Below are positions 8,795 through 17,798 of a DNA stretch of 37,185 nucleotides, piece by piece. Source of the DNA: Methanosarcinaceae archaeon (GTDB taxonomy: Archaea; Halobacteriota; Methanosarcinia; Methanosarcinales; Methanosarcinaceae). The DNA lies in contig JAGAEB010000073.1 of assembly GCA_017613335.1 (NCBI GenBank), positions 1-37,185 of the forward strand, written 5' to 3'. The notes below the pieces were generated by a model, which ran no database searches, was not told where the DNA came from, and saw only the letters and a list, made by a program, of their open reading frames with translations. Every line of letters starts with the position of its first letter. Within the stretch, counting starts at the first letter, position 1. The translations under genes and the position numbers were made by a program.

Positions 8795-10249
8795 TCAGAT
8801 TTTATTTTCCCTTTCAGGAGTACCTGTTTTCTGTTCCGCTCTTCCGGCATTTCTGTTTTTGCTTTTTCCGTTTCCGGTCTTCAGGTATGCTTTTTTCGCC
8901 CCGGCCGCCATGCTTTTCACGGAAACGATCTTCGGTTTTCCCGCGCCGTTTTTCCCGCCGGCTTTTCCGGATTCTGATGTCCTGCCTTTTGCGGGAACGG
9001 TTTTTGCTTTTTCCGCTCCGTTCTTCACGGACACCGTTTTTGTTTTTTCCGCACCGTCTTTCACAGATGCTGTCTTTGCGCTTTCCGCGCCGTCTTTCAC
9101 AGATGCTGTCTTTGCGCTTTCCGCGCCGTCTTTCGCAGACGGTGTTTTTGATTTTGTCTTTCCGGGCTCTGTTTTTGCGTGCCCTGTCTTTATTTCTCTC
9201 GTGCTGTTTTTCGCATGTCCTGCTTTTGCTCCGCCTGTTCCGGCTTTCGGATATCCCGGTCTTGTCCCCGCTTTTTCGTCTTTTGCTTTTCCGGATCCGT
9301 TTTCTCCCGGTCTCTTTTCCTCTTTCGTGCGGCCGGTGTTTTTTTCGATGCGGACGCCTTCATTCGTCGTTCTGCAGACGAACGCGTCGCCGCCGGCTCT
9401 TTTGATCGCATGGGACACGCGCGGGATGTTCTTGTATTCGCAGAACGCGATCATGCAGCCGCCGCCGCCGGCGCCTGTGATCTTTGAACCGAAGGCGCCT
9501 GCTTTTCTGGATGCGTAAACAAGCGCAGACAGTTCCGCAGAACCGACGCCGATCGAATCGAGGAGTCCCTGATTGATGTTCATCAGTTCGCCGACGGCTT
9601 TGAAATTCCCTTCCGAGACGTATTTTTCGCCTGTCTTTGAAATGCTGCTGATCGTTTCCATGATCGGATCGATGATGACCGGATATGTGTCTTTCAGTTC
9701 CGCCACATTCGAAACGAGACGGCGTGTCGATGAAAATCTGCGCGTGTTGCCGATCACGACGGACGTTTCGGGAAAATCGGATCTCGTTCTGTCCGGGATC
9801 TTGACGATGCCGCCGAACGTCGAGACGAAAGTATCTGTCGGACTCGCTCTGCCCTGAACGGCCGTTTCTGCCGCATGACCTGTTGCGGCAATCTCCTCAT
9901 CCGTCATCCCGCAGTTGAAATAAGTGTCGAGCGCCTTGATCAGAGCGATCACGAGCGCCGCGGAAGAACCGAGACCGGATCCGACCGGGATGTCTGAATC
10001 GATATCGATGCAGAGGTTCTCCATTTCCGTTCTTTTGCGCATCAGTTCAAGAACGGCGGCGATATACGGGTGTTTTTTAGGATTGATGCCTGATGCATCA
10101 TCACCATCGGATCTGACGTGCATGTGTTCGGCAGGTTCCAGAGAAACTCTGGCGCGAAGATCGATCGCACAGGCCATTGCCGTTTTTCCGTAAACGACCG
10201 CATGTTCTCCGAAGAGAAATATTTTTCCGGGGGCCGAGCAGGTAATCAT
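8795..10249 (-). CDS. mvk: Mevalonate kinase (about 304-aa GHMP core) with a 180-aa Lys/Ala/Gly/Thr-rich repeat tail
   Basis: MITCSAPGKIFLFGEHAVVYG and PVGSGLGSSAA are GHMP motifs. The start is placed at ATG 10249, the conserved MVK N-terminus, not at track start 10426. The first in-frame stop after the core is TGA at 8795. Confidence 0.85.
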   Translation of the reverse strand: MITCSAPGKIFLFGEHAVVYGKTAMACAIDLRARVSLEPAEHMHVRSDGDDASGINPKKHPYIAAVLELMRKRTEMENLCIDIDSDIPVGSGLGSSAALVIALIKALDTYFNCGMTDEEIAATGHAAETAVQGRASPTDTFVSTFGGIVKIPDRTRSDFPETSVVIGNTRRFSSTRRLVSNVAELKDTYPVIIDPIMETISSISKTGEKYVSEGNFKAVGELMNINQGLLDSIGVGSAELSALVYASRKAGAFGSKITGAGGGGCMIAFCEYKNIPRVSHAIKRAGGDAFVCRTTNEGVRIEKNTGRTKEEKRPGENGSGKAKDEKAGTRPGYPKAGTGGAKAGHAKNSTREIKTGHAKTEPGKTKSKTPSAKDGAESAKTASVKDGAESAKTASVKDGAEKTKTVSVKNGAEKAKTVPAKGRTSESGKAGGKNGAGKPKIVSVKSMAAGAKKAYLKTGNGKSKNRNAGRAEQKTGTPERENKI

Positions 10250-10697
10250 TTGAAAAACTCTCCGAAAACGCCTGGTACGGCGTCTGAGATTAATTTTAAC
10301 GAAAAACGACCCCCTCCTATTTAAAAAATGACCTGATATTTTCCGATCTTCCCGGTGTCTGCCGACATTGCTGACATCCGTCGATGTTTTTCTGTGTCTT
10401 CCGAGATCGCCGGCATCTCGTGACATAACTATCCCACCCTGCTTTTTTCTTCTTCCTTTTCCGGCGGTTCTCTCCGTCTGAAGGTTTTCTCATCCGCATT
10501 CTTTTTTAGTGATCGGCTCTTTTCTGTATCAGCTGATCTCCTGCCGGGCGATCATCAGGCCGGAAGGCCGGGATCTCTTGGTCAGGAAAACGGATATCCG
10601 GAATAAATATCGGAATATATGTCCGGAACAGACGTCCGGAACAGACATCCGGAATATATGTCCGGAAAACAGCCGCAGGAAAAGGGTGATCTGAAAT

Positions 10698-11393
10698 ATG
10701 ATGATGGTCGGGATTGATGAAGCCGGAAAAGGACCTGTGATCGGTCCGATGTGCATCGCAGGTGTCTGCGCGGATGAGGAACTTTTAAAGAAATTCCGTC
10801 TGATGGGCGTCGATGATTCCAAAAAACTGACGCCGAAAAAAAGAGAACAGCTTGCCGCAGAGATCAGAAAATATGCGGAAGGCCGCTGGTTCATCCTGGA
10901 GGTTGCGGCATCCCAGATCGACGACCTCCGGAAGATCATGACGATGAATGAAGTGATGGTCGTCTGTTTTTCAAAAGTCCTGGAAGGCCTTTCAGATCTG
11001 CCGTTCGACAGCGTTATCCTCGATGCGGCAGACGTTTCCGAGGAACGCTTCGCCCGCCGCGTCAAAGAGACTTTTTCTGAAAAGTTCCCGGAAAAAGCTG
11101 AAAAGATAACATACATCTCCCACCACAAAGCCGATGCGATGTGCCCCGCCGTCTCTGCCGCCTCCATCCTGGCCAAAGTCAGAAGAGACGAACTCATCTC
11201 AGCGATCTCAAAGAAAGAAAATGCCGATTTCGGAAGCGGCTACCCGTCCGATCCCAAAACGAAAAAATTCCTGGCCGACTGGCTCCTGACACATGACGAT
11301 TTTCCGTACTATGTGAGAAAATCCTGGAAAACGGCCTCGTCCCTTCTCCCGGAAAACAAAAGATGGGGATACATCGCCGACAAAGATGAATGA
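10698..11393 (+). CDS. rnhB: Ribonuclease HII
   Basis: MMMVGIDEAGKGPVIGPM...DSKKL...HKAD...ASILAK shows the RNase HII catalytic motifs. An SD-like GGGTGA lies upstream. Stop codon is TGA. Confidence 0.93.
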   Translation: MMMVGIDEAGKGPVIGPMCIAGVCADEELLKKFRLMGVDDSKKLTPKKREQLAAEIRKYAEGRWFILEVAASQIDDLRKIMTMNEVMVVCFSKVLEGLSDLPFDSVILDAADVSEERFARRVKETFSEKFPEKAEKITYISHHKADAMCPAVSAASILAKVRRDELISAISKKENADFGSGYPSDPKTKKFLADWLLTHDDFPYYVRKSWKTASSLLPENKRWGYIADKDE

Positions 11394-11411
11394 ATCTGTC
11401 AGAGATATACG

Positions 11412-12566
11412 GTGAGCAGCATGAGCCCGAAAACCCCGAACCGCAAAGACACATCCGGATCAGAAAAAACAGAACCCGAAGCCGGCAAAACAAAAAACGG
11501 TACCGCAAAGAACGCCGCAAAGAACGCCGCAAAGAACGCCGCAGAGAACGCCGCAAAGAACGCCGCAGAGAAAACCGCTGCGGAGAAAACCGCTGCGGAG
11601 AAAACCACTGCGGAGAAAACCGCTGCGGAGAAAACCACTGCGAAGAAAACCACTGCGAAGAAGACAAATGAAGCAGTGAAAAAAGATGCCGGATCCGGCG
11701 CACCGGCGCATCCGCATGACGGAAACATTCCTGAAATGACGACCGAAGAAGCCGTCGAGATCATCGGCGAACTTGATCATCTTTATCCGCACACGCCGGC
11801 AGAAAAGAATTTCCTTAAATTCGACAATCCTTTCCAGATCCTCATCATGACGATCCTTTCCGCGCAGACGACGGATGCGACCGTCAACAGCATCCGCGGT
11901 GAACTTTTCAGAACTTATCCGACGCCTGCAGATCTGGCGGGCGCAGACGTTTCCGATGTTGAACGGATCATCCATCCGGCCGGTTTTTTCCACGCAAAAG
12001 CCGGACACATCATGAAAACGTCGGAAAGACTCTGTACCGCTTACGGCGGCGAAGTCCCGGCCGACATGAACGAACTGACGACGCTTTCAGGCGTCGGCCG
12101 GAAGACTGCCAACATCGTCCTCGAACACGCCTTCGGGATCACAGTCGGGATCGCCGTCGACACGCACGTCGGCAGGCTTTCAAAAAAACTCGGCTTTACG
12201 GAAAACACGGATCCCGTCAAAGCCGAAAAAGATCTCATGGCGCTTTTCCCTGAAGAATGGTGGGGCGAGATCAATTATCTCCTGATAAGACACGGCCGGG
12301 AAGTCTGTCAGGCCAAAAAACCCGACTGCGCGCACTGCGCCGTCCGGGAACACTGTCGGGATTTCATGAACCGTGAAAACTATAATCGACGGAAAATGTT
12401 TTATACGCGGGCAACATTACCGTTGATCGAATATTACAAGCAGTCAATTCACGGAGAAAAAAAATCAATGAATATACTATCAGGTATAATCTTCGGCGCC
12501 GTTTTCGGTGCGATATTCGGAATTGTATCATATTATATCAACAAGAAAAACAAGTCCCGCCTGTAA
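11412..12566 (+). CDS. nth: Endonuclease III (HhH-GPD DNA glycosylase with 4Fe-4S loop) with repeat N-tail and C-terminal hydrophobic extension
   Basis: The core shows ILSAQTTD, an HhH LSGVGRKTANIV, VDTHV and the cluster CQAKKPDCAHCAVREHC (C-x6-C-x2-C-x5-C). ATG 11412 has GGTGA upstream. An alternative ATG at 11736 would skip the repeat tail. There is no stop until TAA at 12564-12566. Confidence 0.85.
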   Translation: MSSMSPKTPNRKDTSGSEKTEPEAGKTKNGTAKNAAKNAAKNAAENAAKNAAEKTAAEKTAAEKTTAEKTAAEKTTAKKTTAKKTNEAVKKDAGSGAPAHPHDGNIPEMTTEEAVEIIGELDHLYPHTPAEKNFLKFDNPFQILIMTILSAQTTDATVNSIRGELFRTYPTPADLAGADVSDVERIIHPAGFFHAKAGHIMKTSERLCTAYGGEVPADMNELTTLSGVGRKTANIVLEHAFGITVGIAVDTHVGRLSKKLGFTENTDPVKAEKDLMALFPEEWWGEINYLLIRHGREVCQAKKPDCAHCAVREHCRDFMNRENYNRRKMFYTRATLPLIEYYKQSIHGEKKSMNILSGIIFGAVFGAIFGIVSYYINKKNKSRL

Positions 12567-12710
12567 GTAAACGAACCGGAAATTTCCGGGTTATCCCGGC
12601 ATTGTTGATTCCCGGGTCAGAACGGGATCATCGGAAAAATCCGGGAAATCCTGAAAATCCGGATATTCTGTTTCCCGTAAAAAAAGAAAAAGATCAAAAA
12701 ATAAAGCCGT

Positions 12711-12750
12711 CCGGAATGCCTTTCAGGCATTTCCGGATCTCTTTTTCCGC
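12711..12750 (+). terminator. Hairpin plus T-tract in the convergent nth / orphan-gene spacer
   Basis: CCGGAATGCCT-TTC-AGGCATTTCCGG is a near-perfect stem with one bulged base. It is followed by ATCTCTTTTTCC. Confidence 0.3.
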
Positions 12751-12914
12751 CGGCCGGATCCGCCGTCCGTTTTTTCCGGTGTCCGTTTTTTCTGTCTGTG
12801 ACAGGCCGGTGTCCGTTCCGGCCCGGCGGGATCATCGTTTTTGTTTTCAGTTTTTGCTTATCATTTTTTTAAGTTTTGTTTTTCAGTCTTTTCTGTTTTT
12901 CAGTCCCTTGATTT

Positions 12915-13316
12915 TCATTCGCTTTTGTCTTTTGTTTTTTCAGACATCTTCGCTTTGATGAATTCCGTCAGGAGCATGTCGTTATATTTTTCGGCGCGGC
13001 TTCCGCCGATGGGGTAGCCGTACATTTTTCCGTCTTTGAAAATGCCGATCGACGTTCCTTCTTCCGGAATGATCGTCATTTCTTCCTTCGTTTTTTCCGC
13101 GGATCCGGCTGCGTCTTCTGACCCGGATCCTTCTTCGTCATCGTCATCATTCAGGTAATCATAGATGAATTCCCTGACGGTGATCTTTTCTCTGAGCAGG
13201 AGGATGTCCGAGAGATGTTCACCATAGAATTTTGAATTCTGAATGATCCCGACGATATATTCTTCCTGAAATTCCATCTTGTCGCTCCGGGCTGTTCTGT
13301 ATCCGTTTTGTTTCAT
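12915..13316 (-). CDS. Hypothetical protein with an acidic linker (no family recognised)
   Basis: This 133-codon ORF has its ATG overlapping the nitroreductase stop (ATGA), which suggests translational coupling. Composition is non-repetitive outside the DDDDEEGSGSED linker. An alternative start is M14. Confidence 0.55.
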   Translation of the reverse strand: MKQNGYRTARSDKMEFQEEYIVGIIQNSKFYGEHLSDILLLREKITVREFIYDYLNDDDDEEGSGSEDAAGSAEKTKEEMTIIPEEGTSIGIFKDGKMYGYPIGGSRAEKYNDMLLTEFIKAKMSEKTKDKSE

Positions 13317-13876
13317 TTCATGTAATTGACGACGCCTTCGCGGCGCGGAGCCGGTTCAGGCGCATCGCCGGCTGCATAGCCGAGCGCCAGTGCGTAATAC
13401 GTTTCGTAGTTCTCCGGGATGCCCATTTCTTTTTTGAAGGCGGCGCCGCGGCGTCCCATCATGGCCAGCTTAAATGAAGCGATGTAGCAGGAGCCGATCC
13501 CGAGAGAATGTGCGGCGAGAGCCATGTTCTCCGTCGCATTGGCGCAGTCCGTTGCAGCATAATCCGCTTTTTTGTCGCCGGAAACGATGATGACGACCGG
13601 CGCATTGTAAAATGTGTGAAAACCGGGCATCTTCGCTCTTTCTTCCATCATCGGGATTTTGGAGGCTGCCATCAGCGTCCGGACTTCCTCAGAAATCCTG
13701 TTCAGGAAATCCTTGTTCGTGATGACGGTGAAATGCCAGGGCTGAATGCCCAATCCCGTTGCGGCGTACTGTCCTGCCTTCAGGATCTCTTCGATCGCAT
13801 CCTGCGGAACTTCGTCCGGCAGATAGGAACGGATGCTGCGGCGGGTCAGGATTGTTTTCATTGTTTCGTTTGTCAT
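13313..13876 (-). CDS. Nitroreductase-family flavoprotein
   Basis: ILTRRSIRSY...ILKAGQYAATGLGIQPWHF is the nitroreductase N-terminal signature. The ATG at 13876 lies 5 nt after AGGTGA. The track's GTG at 13885 sits inside that SD. Confidence 0.88.
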   Translation of the reverse strand: MTNETMKTILTRRSIRSYLPDEVPQDAIEEILKAGQYAATGLGIQPWHFTVITNKDFLNRISEEVRTLMAASKIPMMEERAKMPGFHTFYNAPVVIIVSGDKKADYAATDCANATENMALAAHSLGIGSCYIASFKLAMMGRRGAAFKKEMGIPENYETYYALALGYAAGDAPEPAPRREGVVNYMK

Positions 13877-14034
13877 GATGATCACCTGATGGTTGTTATG
13901 ATTGTAAGATGATGGGTTATGAGATGATTGTGAATATGAGATGATCGTGAATGATGAGATGATTCCGGGTTATGAAATGACTCTCATATTTTGATGATCC
14001 GGCCGGCGGAATGCAGACCGGTATGATGCGTTTC

Positions 14035-15225
14035 TCATTCTTTTCTCTCTTTGACCGGGACTTTCCTTTCTTCGATCATGTCGATCAGTTCGTCGCGGCC
14101 CCCGATCTTTTCGAGTTCTTTCCGGGGGATCAGGACCGTTGAGTCGACCGACTTGACTTTGGCCGGCCCGTCGATCAGGAAGATGGATTCCGTTCCGGCG
14201 ACTTCGGAAATGCTGCTCATCAGTTTCGCTCTTCTGACGGTCGTCGGATTGTATTGACTGACGCCCGTCAGGATGACGGAGCGGCTGTCTTTTGAAATGG
14301 CTTTGAAAGGCGCCTGTCCGGTTTCTCTGACATCGTAGCCGAGTGTCGAGATATAGCCCAGCATGATGTCGTCATCGGCCTTTCCGGAAATGTCTGTCAC
14401 TGCCGGGACGAGCGGTGCAGGCACCGGATATTTTTCAGCCGGCAAAGATACGGACGGTCCGGAAAGATCCGCCTGCACGGTGTTTTTCCGGATGCCTGAA
14501 GGCAGCGTGCCGGAAGACAGAGCGCCCGGCGGCAGCGCGCCTGATGACAGAACACCCGATGACAGAGAGGCTCCGGCCGCCGGTTCCGGCAGTTTGCTTT
14601 CCCGTTTTTTGTTTTTCGGACCGGATGACATGAGCAGATCGATCGGGATCGGCTGCAGGATATCGATCGGTTTTGCCAGTTCGACGTTGAAGATCTCCTC
14701 AAGCGAGAGAACGATATCGATCGACGCATCCATGCCGTCTTCTTCGTATTTGCTGATCGTCCGGCGTGAGACGCCGACGACACTTGCCAGCGCGCCCAGG
14801 GACATGTCGTGCGACAGACGCGCTTCGCGGAGCGCTCCGCCGTCGATCGACACATAAAGACCGCCCGGCGCCGCCGAGATCAGCGTCGGGATGTCCTCCA
14901 CAAAATAATCGTAAAGCGTCCGCAGACTGATCGCGACGACATTGTAACGCATGTAAACGACGTTGTCTTCCAGCAGCTGGTCTCTCGTTTTGGCGCCGAT
15001 GACGATCGGCACGCCGTTCAGATAAGCAGCCAGGACACGCATTTCCTTCGCGGTCTCTTCGTTGATGCCGTCGATGTTGAACAGGACTTTGCACAAAAGA
15101 AGCGTATCATCCCTTCTGGCGGCGATATCGAAGCTCCGCGGCCGGATGTTACAGCGATCCGATACGGAAAAACCTGCCATCCGCAGAATTTCAATAATCT
15201 GATCAATAAGGACTTCTTTTGTCAT
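14035..15225 (-). CDS. Archaeal HTH (XRE-type) transcriptional regulator, COG1395-like
   Basis: The central HTH LREARLSHDMSLGALASVVGVSRRTISKYEEDG is flanked by conserved N- and C-domains, as in the 'putative HTH-type transcriptional regulatory protein' family of euryarchaea. It carries an inserted (S-S-G-x-L) repeat. Confidence 0.85.
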   Translation of the reverse strand: MTKEVLIDQIIEILRMAGFSVSDRCNIRPRSFDIAARRDDTLLLCKVLFNIDGINEETAKEMRVLAAYLNGVPIVIGAKTRDQLLEDNVVYMRYNVVAISLRTLYDYFVEDIPTLISAAPGGLYVSIDGGALREARLSHDMSLGALASVVGVSRRTISKYEEDGMDASIDIVLSLEEIFNVELAKPIDILQPIPIDLLMSSGPKNKKRESKLPEPAAGASLSSGVLSSGALPPGALSSGTLPSGIRKNTVQADLSGPSVSLPAEKYPVPAPLVPAVTDISGKADDDIMLGYISTLGYDVRETGQAPFKAISKDSRSVILTGVSQYNPTTVRRAKLMSSISEVAGTESIFLIDGPAKVKSVDSTVLIPRKELEKIGGRDELIDMIEERKVPVKERKE

Positions 15226-15355
15226 TGTGGATAATAGTATGAATGCACTTCTATATAAGGACTTCTTTTCCCGCCGCTCTTTTTTCTGATACCGGGCGGC
15301 TCAAAAGATCCCCCGGCATCTGCCGGATCTCAGCGTCCTCATCTGTCCTTTCCTT

Positions 15356-15495
15356 TCACTGCCCTTCCCTTTCACTCCTTTCCTTTCACTGTCAGCTGTC
15401 TGCGCTGCCCGTCATCTTCACTGCCCTTCCCTTTCACTCCCTTTCCTTTCACTGTCAGCCGTCTGCACTGTCCGTCATCTTCACCTGTCTGCCCT
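15356..15495. repeat. Tandem repeat, 62-63-bp unit x2.2, in the divergent regulator/RaSEA spacer
   Basis: TCACTGCCCTTCCCTTTCACTCCTTTCCTTTCACTGTCAGCTGTCTGCGCTGCCCGTCATCT is repeated with a few substitutions. Confidence 0.8.
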
Positions 15496-15585
15496 CTGTG
15501 TTTTCTCTGTCTGTTTTCACATTTCTTCCGGCTGCCTGAACTGATACCCTTTATATCCTGTGAAACAGTTTATCGCTCAGATATC

Positions 15586-16629
15586 ATGACACTGAATGAC
15601 GATGTTCTTTCGATCCGGTTAAAACAGCGCATAAAGCCGGAGCCTTTTGACAGGCCGGCGGCCTGCTGGCTCGGCAAAGACAACATCCGCGGCGAGATCA
15701 TGGATGTTCTGACGGTCATTTTCAGGACGTCCGGATGTTTCTGGGGAAAACAGGGCGGCTGTACGATGTGCGGCTATGTCTACGACAGCGCGGCCGGCGA
15801 GCCGACGGTCGACGATCTCATGAGTCAGCTGGAAAATGCTCTTCTCCGGGCTGAAAAGAAGGAGAGGTTCATGGTCAAGATCTTTACTTCCGGAAGCTTC
15901 CTGGATGAAAAGGAGATCTCCCGGGAAGCCCGCGAAAAGATCCTCGGAAGACTTGCTGCCGACGAACGTGTCGCCTGCATCCTTGCCGAAACGCGCCCGG
16001 AATTCGTCACAGATGAAAACGCCGCCGACTGCGCCCGTCTGGCTGCCGGAAAACCCATGGAATTCGCCTACGGTCTTGAAACGACGTCCGACAGGATCCG
16101 GCTGGCCTCGATCAACAAAGGATTCTCATTCGCCCAATTCAGAAAAGCCTGCGGGACGGCCCGCAGCCATGGTCTTTTCAACAAAGGCTATCTCATGCTC
16201 AAACCGCCGTTCCTCTCGGAAAAAGAAGCCATGGACGACATCCTCAGAAGCATCGATGAAGCAGAACCTTATGTTGAGACGATCTCCGTCAACCTCTGCA
16301 ACGTTCAGAGCGGCACTTATGTCGAACGTCTCTGGGAAAGAGGCGAATTCCGTCCGCCGTGGCTCTGGACGATCGTTGAGATCCTCAAAAAAGCCAAAAC
16401 GAAACACCCCGGCCTGTATCTGATGTCAGACCCCGTCGGCGCCGGCGCCAAACGCGGCCCCCGCAACTGCCGTCTCTGCAGCCACGACGTCGCCGATATG
16501 CTCAGGGACTTTTCCGTCACGCAGGACATCACCGTCCTCGACAGAATCGACTGCGACTGCAGGAAACTCTGGGAAAAAGAACTCCTGCTCGACGACATGA
16601 CATTCGGATCGCCGATCCTCGACCGATGA
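15586..16629 (+). CDS. Archaeosine-biosynthesis radical SAM protein (RaSEA / TIGR01210-like)
   Basis: The FRTSGCFWGKQGGCTMCGY cysteine motif and overall length match my recollection of the TIGR01210 family. Stop codon is TGA. Confidence 0.78.
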   Translation: MTLNDDVLSIRLKQRIKPEPFDRPAACWLGKDNIRGEIMDVLTVIFRTSGCFWGKQGGCTMCGYVYDSAAGEPTVDDLMSQLENALLRAEKKERFMVKIFTSGSFLDEKEISREAREKILGRLAADERVACILAETRPEFVTDENAADCARLAAGKPMEFAYGLETTSDRIRLASINKGFSFAQFRKACGTARSHGLFNKGYLMLKPPFLSEKEAMDDILRSIDEAEPYVETISVNLCNVQSGTYVERLWERGEFRPPWLWTIVEILKKAKTKHPGLYLMSDPVGAGAKRGPRNCRLCSHDVADMLRDFSVTQDITVLDRIDCDCRKLWEKELLLDDMTFGSPILDR

Positions 16630-16744
16630 CCGGGAAACGATCAGCCGTTCCGTCAGCATATTTTATGAAAAACAGATCATCCGGGGAAACAGGATATCCT
16701 GAAAATCCTGAAAAACGGATTTTCCCGGGTAACGTTTTTACGAA

Positions 16745-16782
16745 AGAACAGGCCGGTCTCCGACCTGTTCTTCCTGTTTTTT
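16745..16782 (+). terminator. Hairpin plus T-run downstream of the RaSEA gene
   Basis: AGAACAGG (16745-52) pairs with CCTGTTCT (16764-71) across an 11-nt loop. It is followed by TCCTGTTTTTT. Confidence 0.45.
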
Positions 16783-16787
16783 ACAGA

Positions 16788-17008
16788 AAGGATTTCAGTG
16801 TTTTTCACACAAGGCCTCAGTGTTTTTTCACACAAGGCCTCAGTGTTTTTTCATACAAGGCCTCAGTGTTTTTTCACACAAGGCCTCAGTGTTTTTTCAC
16901 ACAAGGCCTCAGTGTTTTTTCACACAAAGGATTTCAGCGTTTTTCACACGAAGGGTTTCAGTATTCGGGTTTCAGTGTTTTTTTCACACGAAAGATCTCC
17001 GTGTTTTT
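16788..17008. repeat. Tandem array, 23-bp unit (CACACAAGGCCTCAGTGTTTTTT), about 5 good plus 4 degenerate copies
   Basis: CACAC motifs recur at 23-nt spacing (16806, 16829, and so on). Each unit carries a T6 run on +. The array lies between the convergent RaSEA and ecfT genes and abuts the ecfT stop. Confidence 0.9.
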
Positions 17009-17009
17009 C

Positions 17010-17798
17010 TCACATGACAAATCTCAGAACGGCCAGCGCCGCGACGAGGATCACGGAGAACAGGATCAGGGCGATATCGGCGCCGCCGTAGATGATCTGA
17101 CGTCCGGAATTTCCTGTCTTCCTGTAGCCGCGCATATCGATCGTCAGGCCGAGCGTATCGGCTTTGGCGACAGCGTTGAGCATCATCGGCAGAACGACCG
17201 GGCCGAGCTGTTCGATCTTTCCGATCAGACCGCCGTGCGGGGCATAGCCGCGGGAAAGCTGCGCTTCATTGATGCGGGTGCCTTCGCGCTGGAGCGTCGG
17301 GATGAAACGCATGGCGATCAGGAACATGAGCGTGTAATCGCCCGGGACATGGAGTCTGTAAAGCGCATTGACCATGTCGCGCGGTTGCGTTGACATGACG
17401 AAGATCTGGAATGAAAAGACCAGAACGGCGAACCGGAGGGACATCGTGACCGCAAAGGCGACGGCGCCCGTCGTGACCGGCAGATGCGCCTGTCCGGAAG
17501 ACACGAGAGAGCCCGGAATCAGATAGAACAGGACATCACCGCTCGGCATCGTCAGGACCGTGAGGACGACAAGCAGGAGACCCAGGACGATCAGCAGCGG
17601 GATCTGCCGGAGAAGTTCTTTCAGAAGACCGCTGAACGCGGCTGCCGCCAGTACAAGAACGACGAGACCTGCCAGAATGAATATATCATTTATGAGAAAG
17701 GCCGCAAAGAGCATCGCGACCGTAAAGACGATCTTGGCCATGGCATTCGTCCTGTGGAAAAGACCCGTGCCCGGCGTATACTGCATCATATCTGCCAT
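17010..17798 (-). CDS. ecfT: ECF transporter transmembrane (T) component
   Basis: This is a 262-aa polytopic protein with the CbiQ/EcfT-like layout. Its ATG overlaps the stop of the upstream ATPase gene (ATGA). Confidence 0.85.
   Translation of the reverse strand: MADMMQYTPGTGLFHRTNAMAKIVFTVAMLFAAFLINDIFILAGLVVLVLAAAAFSGLLKELLRQIPLLIVLGLLLVVLTVLTMPSGDVLFYLIPGSLVSSGQAHLPVTTGAVAFAVTMSLRFAVLVFSFQIFVMSTQPRDMVNALYRLHVPGDYTLMFLIAMRFIPTLQREGTRINEAQLSRGYAPHGGLIGKIEQLGPVVLPMMLNAVAKADTLGLTIDMRGYRKTGNSGRQIIYGGADIALILFSVILVAALAVLRFVM

Noticed and set aside
8643-9518. Three overlapping + strand ORFs (8643..9518, 8887..9405, 9179..9487) and a - strand ORF (9190..9411) across the mvk tail.
   Set aside because: The strong purine/pyrimidine strand skew removes stop codons from every frame. 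The products are Phe/Pro/Ser homopolymer-like, and the only frame connected to a recognisable domain is the mvk frame.
16788-17008. A possible CRISPR array. The same question applies to 32609-32775, 20045-20200 and 37020-37185.
   Set aside because: The units are directly abutting with no unique spacers, the unit lengths (23-32 bp) include no repeat-spacer alternation, and there are no cas genes in the window. These are plain tandem repeats.
16626-17393. A 255-aa + strand ORF starting at the RaSEA stop, plus ORFs 16798..17091 and 16820..17017.
   Set aside because: It reads through the 23-bp tandem array (repeating FFTQGLSVFSHKAS peptides) and then runs antisense through ecfT. There is no independent coding signal.
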